Source: Tubulanus polymorphus
Lineage: Eukaryota; Animalia; Nemertea
NCBI RefSeq assembly: GCF_964204645.1
Contig: NC_134028.1
Coordinates: forward strand, 6,076,001 to 6,140,000
Length of the DNA stretch: 64,000 bases
Reading direction: 5' to 3'
Within the stretch, counting starts at the first letter, position 1. Each line of letters opens with the position of its first letter. Shown here piece after piece: positions 52,336-64,000 of this stretch. The notes under the pieces were generated by a model, which was not told the origin of the DNA, did not search any database, and saw only the letters and a program-made list of their open reading frames with translations. A program made the translations under genes and the position numbers.

Positions 52336-54306
52336 CGGAATATACCGGTACTATACCTCAAAACATCCCCCCACTCATCTCACTAATCTACTGAAAACTC
52401 GTCGACTACAGGCATTGATAATAGAAACTGAATTTACTCCGAAGAAATGCGGAAATCTGGAGCAAAGATCTTTTGTTTTATCGGAAATCTTGGATTTAAA
52501 GAGTATTGCACACGGTGCACACATGATCTGCTATAAAAGATATTATTTTATATTACATTTTCTAAAATCATTGAATCGCTGATTATCGGTTTATAAGCCA
52601 GGTTATTTTGTGCATACTGTATTGTATTGTTCTTGAATCGATATGTGTAGAATATTTGTCTAGAAAAACCCGAGAATCGTGTTTACAAATTATGTTTCCT
52701 CCCTGACTTACTAGTTTCCTGAATGAAGTCTATATTTTCTCTTTATAACTTCATGATTTCGCCATGCAATTTATGGATTTGTACTTTATTGCATTTATAA
52801 ATGTTGAAGAAGCTTGAGAATTTTGCGTTAGTTTTAAAGAGAGAAATTTATCGTTTTTGTATTACCTGGGGTAATCGTATCATATTGTTAATCATTACGC
52901 GGTTTCTGTGGCTTATATCGAAATGCAAGCATTTTCTTCTAGCATCATCGGTTATTGATATGAAACATTCCATGATTCGTGAATATATTTTCAACTCGAA
53001 ACGGTGTTTAAACTGCAAACACAACTTTAACGATCTTCACTATCAACCTATTTCTACTTCTTAATCACTTGAAAGAAATGCTAAATAGTTTGTGATGTCG
53101 CTAGCCTCGATCACACAGAGAAGGTTCGGTCCAGATCAGTCACAAATCAAATATGGTCTGTGCTGAATAAGAAAGCACGTTCACACGTAAACTACTCATT
53201 CGATACGAGACAATGCCTAAACAAAGTGAAGTAAATCCGTTACGGAACCTGTGCATTTGTTTGACCGATGCTAAGATTTGGCTCGGGGCCTGGTCGAACG
53301 TTTTTGGCCAAAAACGCTTGTGTGACCGCGGCTATTGTCATTCAGGTACTCTATGGAGGCAGCTATCTATTCTTGAAAGGTCTTTATAATTCATAAGATA
53401 ATGCCTCAATGTACACATATGATTTTATTCATGCAAGAACTGCTTTTAATGATCTGTTTCTATGCATTAATGTTGTCATAAATTTTCCTTAACATTCGAT
53501 AACAATTTTAGGCCGCTTTAAAAAAGCTTCTGCAATAGACTCCGCTTGAGTCGGATCCAATCAATGCTGATAACCGTTCAACTCCGATGTTTGTTGATAT
53601 ATTCTTTGTGACACTAATTATGAAATACGTAACATCCAACTCGGTTATAACATTTAACTCGGTTATCACACAAGTGAAGCAGAGTCTTACAGTACCAGAA
53701 GGTCCGACTTAAGCGAAGTCTACTGAAGATGAGCTGAAGGGGATTTTCCTGTTGTTGGGCAATGATAGATAATTTGTCTGCGGTATCAACGCTGAAATAA
53801 CTCTAGGTCATGACGATGTTTGAAAATGAAGAAAAGATGTTTAATATATTTCATTTCGCTTGTTGTTTTCTGTTTTATTTTGTTAAGTTTAATTTGCTGT
53901 AGCCGAGTCAGGTTTTTGTGCGTTTAGTTGTTCATTGAAGTCCATGAGAACTTTGATATATTAATCAGATTTATTACAATTTCTTATCGCAGCTGGCAAT
54001 ATTGAAAGCGTCTTAGTTTTGAAATTCTCATGTATGGATTTAATGAATCGTACCCAACCGTTTACCAATTAGCATCTAGGTAATGAAATTCAAACCACCT
54101 CTAAATTTTCTTTGTGAAGTCCATCTCTATTCAGTTATCATATTTCAAGGTCATTGTGTTCGCCCGTGGTCAAACGAGTGACCGGTAGTTCGCAAGATGG
54201 TGTTACGCGGTCATTTATCCCGGGCGTTTCCTTTATTACATAACTCGATACTCGTATGCAAATTGCTTGGTCTCTTAAAAACAGACAAGATTTTCCATAG
54301 TTATAT

Positions 54307-54337
54307 CATGGACTCTTCGTGTTAGATAGAGTCCATG
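54307..54337. mobile_element. 31-bp palindromic micro-element with 7-bp TSD
   Basis: GTTATAT-CATGGACTCTTCGTGTTAGATAGAGTCCATG-GTTATAT. Confidence 0.7.
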
Positions 54338-57063
54338 GTTATATGAATAGTTTTTCTACGCTTACTTCCTCAAACATTTCAGGATTAGGCTCGATTCTTC
54401 TCCATATCTGATTTGAAAACTTAGAACTAAAAAATATCTAACACTAGGAATATGGAATGCCAAATTGTCTGATTCGAAGGAATAGAAACCCAATTGTACC
54501 CTGCATGGGCCTTCTGTGTATTGGTAGTCAAGATGATGAATGCGAAAATGTTTGCCCTTTAATGTTACGCGGTTAGGTTTGATATTCACCCCGCTGATGA
54601 TATACAAAGATCCTTTATTGTTAAACCGTTTAAGGGAATTTCGCCAGTCAATTTCTCTAATAATAAACTCTATTGTCGTCCCCTGCTTCTAAATATAAGT
54701 CTGAATTTGCTACCTGACTGTGTTTCACACTTAAGATTGTAATTTCTCGTGAATAAAGCGTACAATAGAGTTAGTGATTATGATGTCGGTAGCATTGACT
54801 CTAACCGCAGTCCGCACGCACTCACTCCGTCGAGTTCCAAAATGCTACTTCTCCGGAGTCTTAGGAGTCGTATTCTACGGAGTCATGTAGTTTATATAGG
54901 TATAAAAGTTCTCAGATTTTAGAAGACAATTGTTGGAAGAGGCAGGGAGAGGGGCTTCCTGTAAGAGGGAAACAAACCACTGACAGTGTTGCATGTCATT
55001 ATTTTCCGCTTTTCTGTAAAGCGCATTTCACATGCTGGTATTTGTGTAAATACATAATTCCACTGTTAAGTTTATGCATTAATCAGTAAAAATGATTGTT
55101 TCATTTGCTTTTTCTTCGGCTTAAATGTTAAGCAGTCTATAATAAATATAGAGCTAGAGTAGATTATAGAAATATTTTTTGAAATCTTCAAACTATTTTG
55201 TACTGCAGATTTTCGTGTTTTTATCCAATTTTGTGATTCTCATATGCAAGTGGTCATAGGGTGGGGCGGGAGTAGAACTTCAGACGACTCGGCTCAAGTC
55301 TGATCTTTTTCAACCACGAAAATGTGTCCAGTTTGAGAGCAATATCTAAGTTTGACAGTAAATACTTCAGAAAATAGGATCAGAGAAACCATTCGAACAA
55401 ATATCCGAAGGATAGGGATACAACTTGAGCGTAGTCTTTGATATTTTCTAATGTTTACCTTCATAATGTTGAGCTAGACAATTAAGTGCCCGCAGAATTG
55501 AATTAGTTATCGAGAAAGTAATCAACGATTTCCTGTATAAGGTTTCACGTTTCTTTTACCCGCTATGGCAACCGATACGCTGGCCTTTTTAGCTGTGTGT
55601 CTGGCTCATTAGTGTCAACCTCGATAAAGCAATAGCTGGTAAATGCTCTGTTGTAGGTTTCAGAACACTTCCGAATACATTTTGTATCAAAATATTTTCG
55701 CATCTCTTGTGTAAAAAAGTTTTAGTACAAAATGTAGCATAAGTAATGTATGTATTGTTGTAGGTTACGATAGAAATTGCTTAAAGAATAGAAAAGTTTC
55801 TACTGTATCTTGATTTTGTTACCAAACTGGAGTCAACTTTACCCTAGTGAAATTAGTTTTGTTATGGCAAACTGCCTGAAAATATCTCTGGGCGCTATTC
55901 GTACATATGTATCTCAAATGAAAGTTTTTGTATGTTTTTAATCTAATTCTCTTATGGGGGCCAATTACGAGCTGATTCCCAATTATTTGCCCGCTGGCCA
56001 CAAGTAAATCCCTTCATTGTTCCAGCTAGTTCAAAACTAGGTAGAAATCTATTTTGGAATTTCTATCCTATAATTACTAGGAATTAAGTTAATGAATTTT
56101 CATTAGGAATTTTGATGAGGTTTTGCCACGATATCGTATGATTTCAGTAACTAACAAGGATACCGTTTGTACGAAGCAAAATCACTGATTTGCTTTATTT
56201 AAACCTGATATATATGTTTATGTTATGATAGTATTTATCTTTATATCTAATAATATAACAAACGATTAAATATCTATTTGAAGGCAGTGAGAAATTGAAC
56301 ATCTGGTTATATTGTTTGACCGGTGGACACATCTATATGAAAACTATCGAAGTTTTAGTATCAGAGGGAACCCCATCATAACGATATAGAACGTAGAAAT
56401 TCTTGAAAAAAGCTAGACTTCCGCTTTCTTACTTTACAAGTAAACCTATTGCTTTATCCGGGACATGGACAGCAAAATTTCCTGTGTTTGCGAATAACTA
56501 CATAAGTATAGATACTTAAGTAGATAATTCGCATGCACAATTAACCAGCTGGATAACAGAAATATTGCACATATCAAATCTTCAAATTTCTAGTCATTGT
56601 AACTATCCCAAAATGTGAGCTATTTAGTTCAGGCGACTGATGTTTCTAAAATTATTCATCTTTTTTGAGTGCAATCGTTAAGATATATACACACTTGATA
56701 CCTCACAATTCATCGTCGGTCGCATTTTCCCCTGATTTTCGGGGTTTACTCCGAAAAATGTTTCCACTTTCCTGTGTAAATATCTGTCAATGGTGCTTCA
56801 CTGACCTGCAAAAAAGTCTGATTTACCGAAAATTCTTTTGAGTCGAGAGGGTTTTTTTAGGAAACCGAGGGTTCAGCAAGTCAACAGGTGTCTGAAAAGC
56901 ATCGGGCAAATGATAGACAGTTAGTATATGCATGATAGTAATATAGATGAAAAGCCTCCAACAGGTACCGGTAGGCTGACTGATGAATTTTGAATGCAAG
57001 AAGTTTTATATTTGTGATGAGAAATTTATTATTGTTCAGGTAAGTTTACCTTTGATTTGCACG

Positions 57064-57209
<146 letters not shown>

Positions 57210-58751
57210 TCTGTTGTCTGTATAAGTTATTTTTCCACGGATGAAAATTTTCTGTTGATAATTTGATCAAGGTTGGCTCGAATACCACAGTAGTGAGTGT
57301 TAAATGTGATTGTATGAAAATGAACTAATTTAAGACTCGAGAGCTGAACTGAACAGAGATCTCTGTTAACTTAGTCTTTAACAATCAGTTTTATGAAGTC
57401 TAAAGAGTTAGGCAGGTTTTTCAACTTTTTTACGCTACGAGACCTACCAGAGGGCAATTGCAGGCCTGGCCTGTGCAGAGGGAGGTTCGGGGGTAACGAA
57501 TGAACCCCTAAAATTTTCCTTTAAAAGTTTTTACTTTTTAAAATTAAAAGTGGCCTTCAAAGAGTCAGTGTAAAAAAATTTGGGTCAAGATTTTTCGAAA
57601 TTTGGATACAATTTTCATGTTTTTTTTTCACACATGTTTTTGAATTTTCACACATACGCCTTTTGCAATCATGTTTTATAACTAACAGCTACATGGTATA
57701 GATGTGCAATATTTGCTTGAACTTTCTGTAATGAAATATCGTTTTTTTTTTTCGGAAAGTTTCAACGCTTTAATATGTTGTTATGGTTGAATGGCGCAGA
57801 AAACCACCGTATCAAAATATCTGCTCTTGTATGTGAAATATTCGAGTACGCATTTCATAAAGATTAGTCTTTTGACGAAAGATCTATTGGTACTATATAC
57901 GCTTATGCAAGGTAAAACGATCTCTTTTAAAACACTCCATCTTCAAACTGATTTTCGTCCTAAAAAATGTCCAATCCGGGATTCTAAGATCACCCATCTA
58001 CATTGTATTGTATTAACCAGAGAAATCCCACAATAATGAAGCCAAAATTGAAAAGTTCTATATCAGAATGATTATATTTAAGAGCGACGATTCGGCTTAA
58101 TGCTATTAGCCATCATCAGGCGTACTGATGATGGCGTTCAGTTGAATTTTGGCTACATTATTGTGGGATTTCTCTCGTTATCATCATACACGGATATCGT
58201 GTATCTTCTAGTCTCATGTATTGTATATGCATTTTCCGAAATTTCTGTCCGATTATTTCCTTGAAATCATTTCGATATCCTTCACCGCTGTATATATGTA
58301 TAAGACTGTACATATACCTGTACTTGTTTGTATTAAAAGTTCGAACTCCTGTCTGTTCGAGATGGAATCCAACTGGGAAAAGAACAGTAATTTGTCAATG
58401 ATTTTAAAGCACGTTTTCGGTCGAAATTATTTCATTAGATACTGGATGCTGTTATTTGTCTCTGGGGAGTCTAAAAGATGTATAACTAAAAAAACGATGA
58501 CTTGCATCAATATTGGTCTATGTACATGTAAGATGTCCATTTATCCAGAAATATCAATAAAGAATGAGTTTACATGAATATTGAATGTTGAATTGAATTT
58601 GTTGCGAACTCATAACAAGACGACAATCATCCCGAGAATTTAAGTCTTCACTAATATGTTGCCTTGAAGTCCACAGAATGTTCTCTTTTCTTTTATTCAT
58701 TTTTACTGAAGTTTTGCTGAACAAATTCTTCAAAAATTTCCGTCTCCGTTT

Positions 58752-59983
58752 TTAGTACGGATTTTGACCCTTAATATTTCCGCTGAAAAAGATATGCAGC
58801 AACGATATTTTGTAACAAGTTTCGAAAACTACCATTGACATGGGTAGTTGGTTATGCTGAGGATAAAACCCGCCTTAATATAACTTACTTTGGAGTGTAC
58901 TGACAGAACAGTAGAATCGGATATTTTAGACCTTCGCAATAATTAAACGCGCATCCTACCGCGGTCGTTGTTTTCCAAACAACCTATAATTTTGAGAAAA
59001 AGATTTAAGATTTAGAACATTTTTGAATAGATACAACGAGATGAGTAGTACTTATTATGTTAACTATTTTATTTGACGTACGAGCTTTCGCTACGAATGT
59101 ATAGTAGCTTCATCAGGTAAAATACATGTAGAATAAACAACCTTTTAAGTACTACTTGTATTGTTGTATTTATTCTACACCCGGTTAACACGGTTCCTCT
59201 ACGAATCTTCTCAACATTTTTGAAGAGATGACACAAGGCCCACTCGATAAGAGAATAACGAAATCATAAAACAACAGTAATGAAATCGGACGTTTTTGCG
59301 ACCAAGATAAGAAGGATGAAGGATTTTAGATGGATGATAGTTGCACGCGAGATTCGGTTTGATAAGCGTACAATCTCTTCGTGGGGAATCTTGTCCAAAA
59401 GCTTACTGGGAATGGATGACTAGTTAACAACGAACGGCGGTTATAGTCTTACCTGTGTATAATGGCCGCAATCCTTTCCTTCCGTGCAGTTCTTATTTTG
59501 GAAGCTCCAGTCGGGTTTCTCACCATACCAGTTTTGGGTTGCATCTACCATTTGGGAGTATAATTGTCCTGACCAGATATTTTCACCTCGCTCCGCATCC
59601 CCAGAATGCGCCCATTTGCATTTCTTAGCTAACTGTTTACTCCTCCTTGCGAGTTTATTGTTCCATTCCTGAAACCCAGCAAGAAAATTAGAATCCCGGG
59701 AAGCTCGCATGGGTAGAACAACCATCAGGACATCTACCACCTATCTTAGTAGCTGCGGAATCGAGACTTTTTGCATCCTCCGCAGTAAGTTCAAGGTGGA
59801 GGAATTCATGTAACTTACCAAATCATTGAGACCGCCTTCTTCTTTCTGTCTCAGAGCATTATGCATTTCCAATATGTTGTTACGGAAGCCATTGTTCTTT
59901 GGTGCTGTGCCGGGATCTATTGCACCGACTTCGAAAGTAATGGCTATCACTATCCCAACTACCAAAACATTCATGAAAGCCAT
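58752..59983 (-). CDS. Secreted CAP/SCP (PR-1/CRISP-like) single-domain protein, ~168 aa
   Basis: Exons 59819-59983 (signal peptide, ILEMHNALR), 59453-59668 (EWNNKLA..C..AHS..GENI..WY.E..CGHYTQ), 58889-58983 (VVWKTTTAVGC..LFCQY.P), 58752-58782 (GNIKGQNPY*). Confidence 0.92.
59079..59119 (-). ncRNA. Minimal type I hammerhead ribozyme motif (Penelope-type)
   Basis: TAC-CTGATGA-A-GCTAC(loop)GTAGC-GAAA-GCTC-GTA: catalytic core, 5-bp stem II, palindromic AGCT stem III, 3-bp stem I. Confidence 0.65.
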
Positions 59984-62539
59984 TTCTTTATATGGATATG
60001 AGCCTATATAAATGATTAATGAATAATAAATATATTCTGATAAGATTCATCCCTTACTTATCTGATTTACGATATACAAAAAGATTTTAATGATACTGCG
60101 CGATCGACACATTATGAATACTTACGATTTAACGTCGTAAAGACTGCGAAAAGTATGTGGTTAAGTTTCACAGATTGGTGAGGTTTATATAAAAACTAGA
60201 ATCAGGCACCTGCTACTGAAGAGTTTCCGCGTAGCAGCTCTTGCCTTTATTTCTACTGTTTAACATCATTCACGTTAAGAGTCTAACGATTTCTGATTAA
60301 CAAAATATATATATTCAAATCGAGCGTGGGCAGATGATGCCTTGCGAGGTAATAGCCATTTACGCCAACATCATAACTGAGTCGATACAAAAGAAAACGT
60401 ATGCTTATAACCTTCGCATCGAGAATTTGATTAACTAAAAAACAAAATTCTGGGATCGGGAATAAAGAGAATAGAAATAATGTTTTTAAGAGAGATTTTC
60501 CGCGTAGATGTATCGCTCAGTAAATGGATGTCATTGACTATTTTTCTCACATCTGCCTCTTTTTGAGTCAGAATTTCCCATTAACACGAATAGGAATATA
60601 GATTCGAACAGTAGGATCGATGTAAAAGTACCGCTGTAAAGTGCTTTCAGCAACAGAAAAGTAAAAATCCGGCGCGAGTTTTTTCGTGCAAACAACTCAA
60701 AATGTTGAGAAAACAATGAAAATCAGAATTGTGAATAATAATCAACGAAAACAGGCGAAGGTTAATCGGAATATTTTCTGTGGGTTTTCATGAAGAAAGT
60801 TTAAAGTGAATAATAATACGTTACGCTTTTGCACATTTTTCTAGATGATATGGAATATTTGATCTCTATTCTCACTCATGTTTCACATATCAAATTGAAC
60901 CATGAACGAAGCAACGGATAATATTTTCCTATCGACAGGGATTTAAGGTTATGCTTTGAAATCGACAACCAGCTCCTCTACGGGTGAATATGGCTTTCTA
61001 GGGTACCAGGTAATCATGCTGGAGGAATGGCGAAATTGCCATTCTGGTGATTGAAACAGGAGCTCATCTTAAAAATCAAATTGGTCTAAGTAGATGTATG
61101 ATGTCAATTTATTCAGAAATATCAATAAAGAATGAGTTTAAATAAATTTTGAATTGAATGGTTTTACATAAATGTGGAATTGAATTTGTTGCTTTCTCAA
61201 AACAAGACGATAATCTTCCCTCGAATATAAGCTCGTTACTAATTCGTTGCCTTGAAGTTCAAAAGATTAGTTCTCTCTTTTTAATCATTAGGGTTTTCTG
61301 TTTCTTCTACATCTTAACCTAAATCTTCCTAGCCTACATCTTAAGCATAAAAGAGCTATGAGCGCGGGTTGATAATTTCATTCATGTTTTTGGCAGGTGT
61401 TGATTGTCCACAAATCAATCGGTATGGGTCGATTAGATATAATGATTAATCCGTGAGCTGGCAAAGAAATAAACGAGAACAATTATTCGTGTAAAACAGG
61501 CCTTTAACGGGTCAGTTACGCACTCAGGGCGCTGCGTGTTCTGTGGCAAGTAGCGGCAAATTAGCTGAAACAATTATCTGTAGCCGCAATTACGGGTGCA
61601 CGGTAATTAGCAGTGATTGTCAGCCCGCCATTCAGTCTTACTTAACGCGATAATCCGGAAATCCAGTTGATCCCCTTAAAAACACCTAAACATGTATAAT
61701 TATCTGGCACTATTAAAAACTGGCTAATTAACCGCAGCAATAAAATTTTGTGTGAAAGTTCATTAGAGCCAGGTTAATGAATCGGCCTTTCGAAACAAAT
61801 CGTTTTGATTCAACGGCCGAATTCGTGGAGTCTATTGAATATATGGCCCAATATACAGCATACATGTCGAATCACTAATCCTATCCGTGATGCAGTAATA
61901 TGCCGTAAAATCCCACAATCATCAATTGATTATTAAGGCATTTTTAGAAATATATCGGGGGGTTATTACCACCCTTCTTCGGTCTAATATCATATGTCCA
62001 ATAAATACATCGTAAAACTGATAGATACACATTAAAATAAATGTTTATATTCATTTTACAACGCTGATGAAAATAGTTTCAAAAAATGTTCATTTTAACT
62101 TCCTAATTTCCCGCTGGATTTTATTGCCGTGGTCAGTAAGCTCTGGATTCATCAATTTGAACTCCGCGCCAATTAAACTTTTCGGATAGGCGGATCGTTG
62201 CCCGTATCAAGTGCATAATATTGTAAGAACTGGGTCAAGCGACTGATGCTCGGCATCCGTTTGTGTAAACCCACTGGCATGGAGGCGCATATCTCTGGTT
62301 AAAAAAATGTAAGAAACTATACTAAAGACACTCAAAAAGGTAATAAAATGCGGCTGTGTGGTAACCATCTATTAAGATAATTTAAGAAAAACCAAGTCAA
62401 ATCGCGTTTTGGAAATTAGATCGGGTTAGTCACTCAATTAGCATGATTTTCCACTGCTGAAAGCAAATATTTTTCCACTGCTGAAAGCAAATAGAATATA
62501 TATGAATAGCATAATGCAATGATAAAACGTGACTTCGTT

Positions 62540-62815
62540 AGGGCCAATCCGGATGGAGTCTGACAGTCCCCCTCCTACGCAAAATGATATTTCGTCCGGG
62601 TCCGCTGGAATGCGCCTGTCGTTAGTGTTACTGACGGCCGACAGGGGATTTCCCTCGCGCTCAGCAGAAATTGACTGACAAATGACGTCAGCGGCAACCT
62701 GTGAACATGGCGCTACCCGTCCTCGTCCGTAGATGGCTCGCTCTAAATACGGCGACATATTTCATCAAATTACTCGCGATTTAGGAGACGGACTTAATTC
62801 GAAAATATACGCACG
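62540..62815 (+). promoter_or_regulatory. GC/CpG-rich promoter and probable non-coding first exon of the USP53/54-like gene
   Basis: Local CpG enrichment ending in donor CACG|GTGAGT at ~62816; acceptor at 63363. Confidence 0.5.
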
Positions 62816-63548
62816 GTGAGTTAAAATAACCGGGAATTTAATGTGCTAAATTGTTTAAATGCGACGTTCGAATGTATTTAGTTATTAATCTGTTTCTATG
62901 CGCGTCTCCGGGAATTTCGTGTCAAACGTTTCAATGAGTAAACATCGGGGGCGTGGCCTATTTTATATTACTATATACTAACTATATACAAATGTAGAAC
63001 TACGGGTAAGAGGCTTGTTAGGTTAAATTCTTAATTGATCTCTTTATCCTGAGGATCAGTGTATGTGGTGCTTAAATATTATTTTAGTTGATTAATTTCA
63101 TTCTGTTTAAATAATTCGTTTTTTTAGGTTAGACGTTTTTTAGGGTTTTTTTTATGAGATACCTTTCAAAAGTTCTTAACTTATTTTCTTCAATTTTTAG
63201 CTAATCAGATAGTTTCAATTTAATTTTTCAAACGTTTTAATTCTACCATCAACATTTTTCCTGGAACAAATTCTTAAGTTAACCCCAATTTTGCCGATTA
63301 CGTATATTTCATGAATTTCGCGTGGGTAATATGAAAAATAAAATGCCGTCTTTTTTCTTATAGGAATGGACGTGACATAACAACAGCTGAAATGTTATGG
63401 ATTATAATGTAAAGAGTGCATAATAGTGACGAACTGACTAGACTACAACCAGAATGGATTATTATCGTTTGCGCTGGATTAATTTAATTCGTTAAAGTTA
63501 AAATTCGTAATATATATCTATATTGATGTTAATGATTAAGCCGAAACA

Positions 63549-63644
63549 ATGCAGAATCCTAGGAATAGAATGTCTATAACTTGTCCGAAGGGATTGCAGA
63601 ACCAACCGGGAGAAAACAATTGTTTTCTCAACAGTGCTGTCCAG
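63549..63644 (+). CDS. First coding exon of a USP53/USP54-like ubiquitin-specific peptidase; continues off the right edge
   Basis: MQNPRNRMSITCPKGLQNQPGENNCFLNSAVQ then GT donor; matches the USP53/54 Cys box KGL.N.PG.N.CFLNSAVQV; in-frame stop upstream. Confidence 0.85.
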
Positions 63645-64000
63645 GTGTGTATTAAAAAATGTCGACTATAAATCTCAAAGCATGTGTAATGAAATCTGAC
63701 TCTACAGTGGCCTGGGCACCCTTTCTGACTTAAGTCAGAATTATTATTAATGTGTATGGTTTAGAATACAAAAATTGTGCAAACATTAGTCTGTACTATT
63801 TTGCCTTCTGATTTTTTGTATGATCGCCCTTTTTTTGGTCCATCGAGTGCCCTTGTGAAGACCTTGTCCTTAAAAATGGCTCCGAGAATGTTTGAGTGAC
63901 GCATTCTAGCCTTTGAAGAGGGAAGTACCAGCCTTTATAAACTATCAATCCTTCTGAATCAGCGCATGTTAGCCACTTAGCTGGAAATTGGGGAAAAGTC

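Noticed and set aside
62438-62758. 106-aa minus-strand ORF and a possible exon at ~62165-62294
   Set aside because: No recognisable domain; it overlaps the GC-rich USP53/54 promoter, where stop-free frames arise by chance.

Overview
This is an AT-rich, intron-rich eukaryotic (invertebrate animal) genomic window. I reconstructed exons by hand from GT-AG boundaries and reading frames. Left to right: (1) the 5' part of ASH2L (minus strand, runs off the left edge). (2) A ~13.6-kb segment (3030-16662) bounded by imperfect terminal inverted repeats and a near-perfect 6-bp direct repeat. It holds an intact RTE-X-like LINE whose ORF1 and ORF2 are in frame and separated by one TAG, plus minisatellites and repeated exon-like modules. 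(3) LARP7 (minus, 12 exons). (4) A 75-aa two-EF-hand gene. (5) A tandemly duplicated cluster of signal-peptide-less Shisa-like single-pass receptors (A1, B1 pseudogene, A2, B2, B3). Amino-acid divergence between paralogues is strongly concentrated in the Cys-rich ectodomain; this is the best candidate for an undescribed, diversifying receptor family. (6) A LIM-RA-SARAH RASSF gene. (7) A secreted CAP/PR-1 gene. (8) The first coding exon of a USP53/54-like gene. Also scattered through the window are MITEs, minimal hammerhead-ribozyme motifs of Penelope type, and 27-31-bp palindromic micro-elements flanked by 7-bp target-site duplications. No database searches were run, so family calls rest on recalled motifs.
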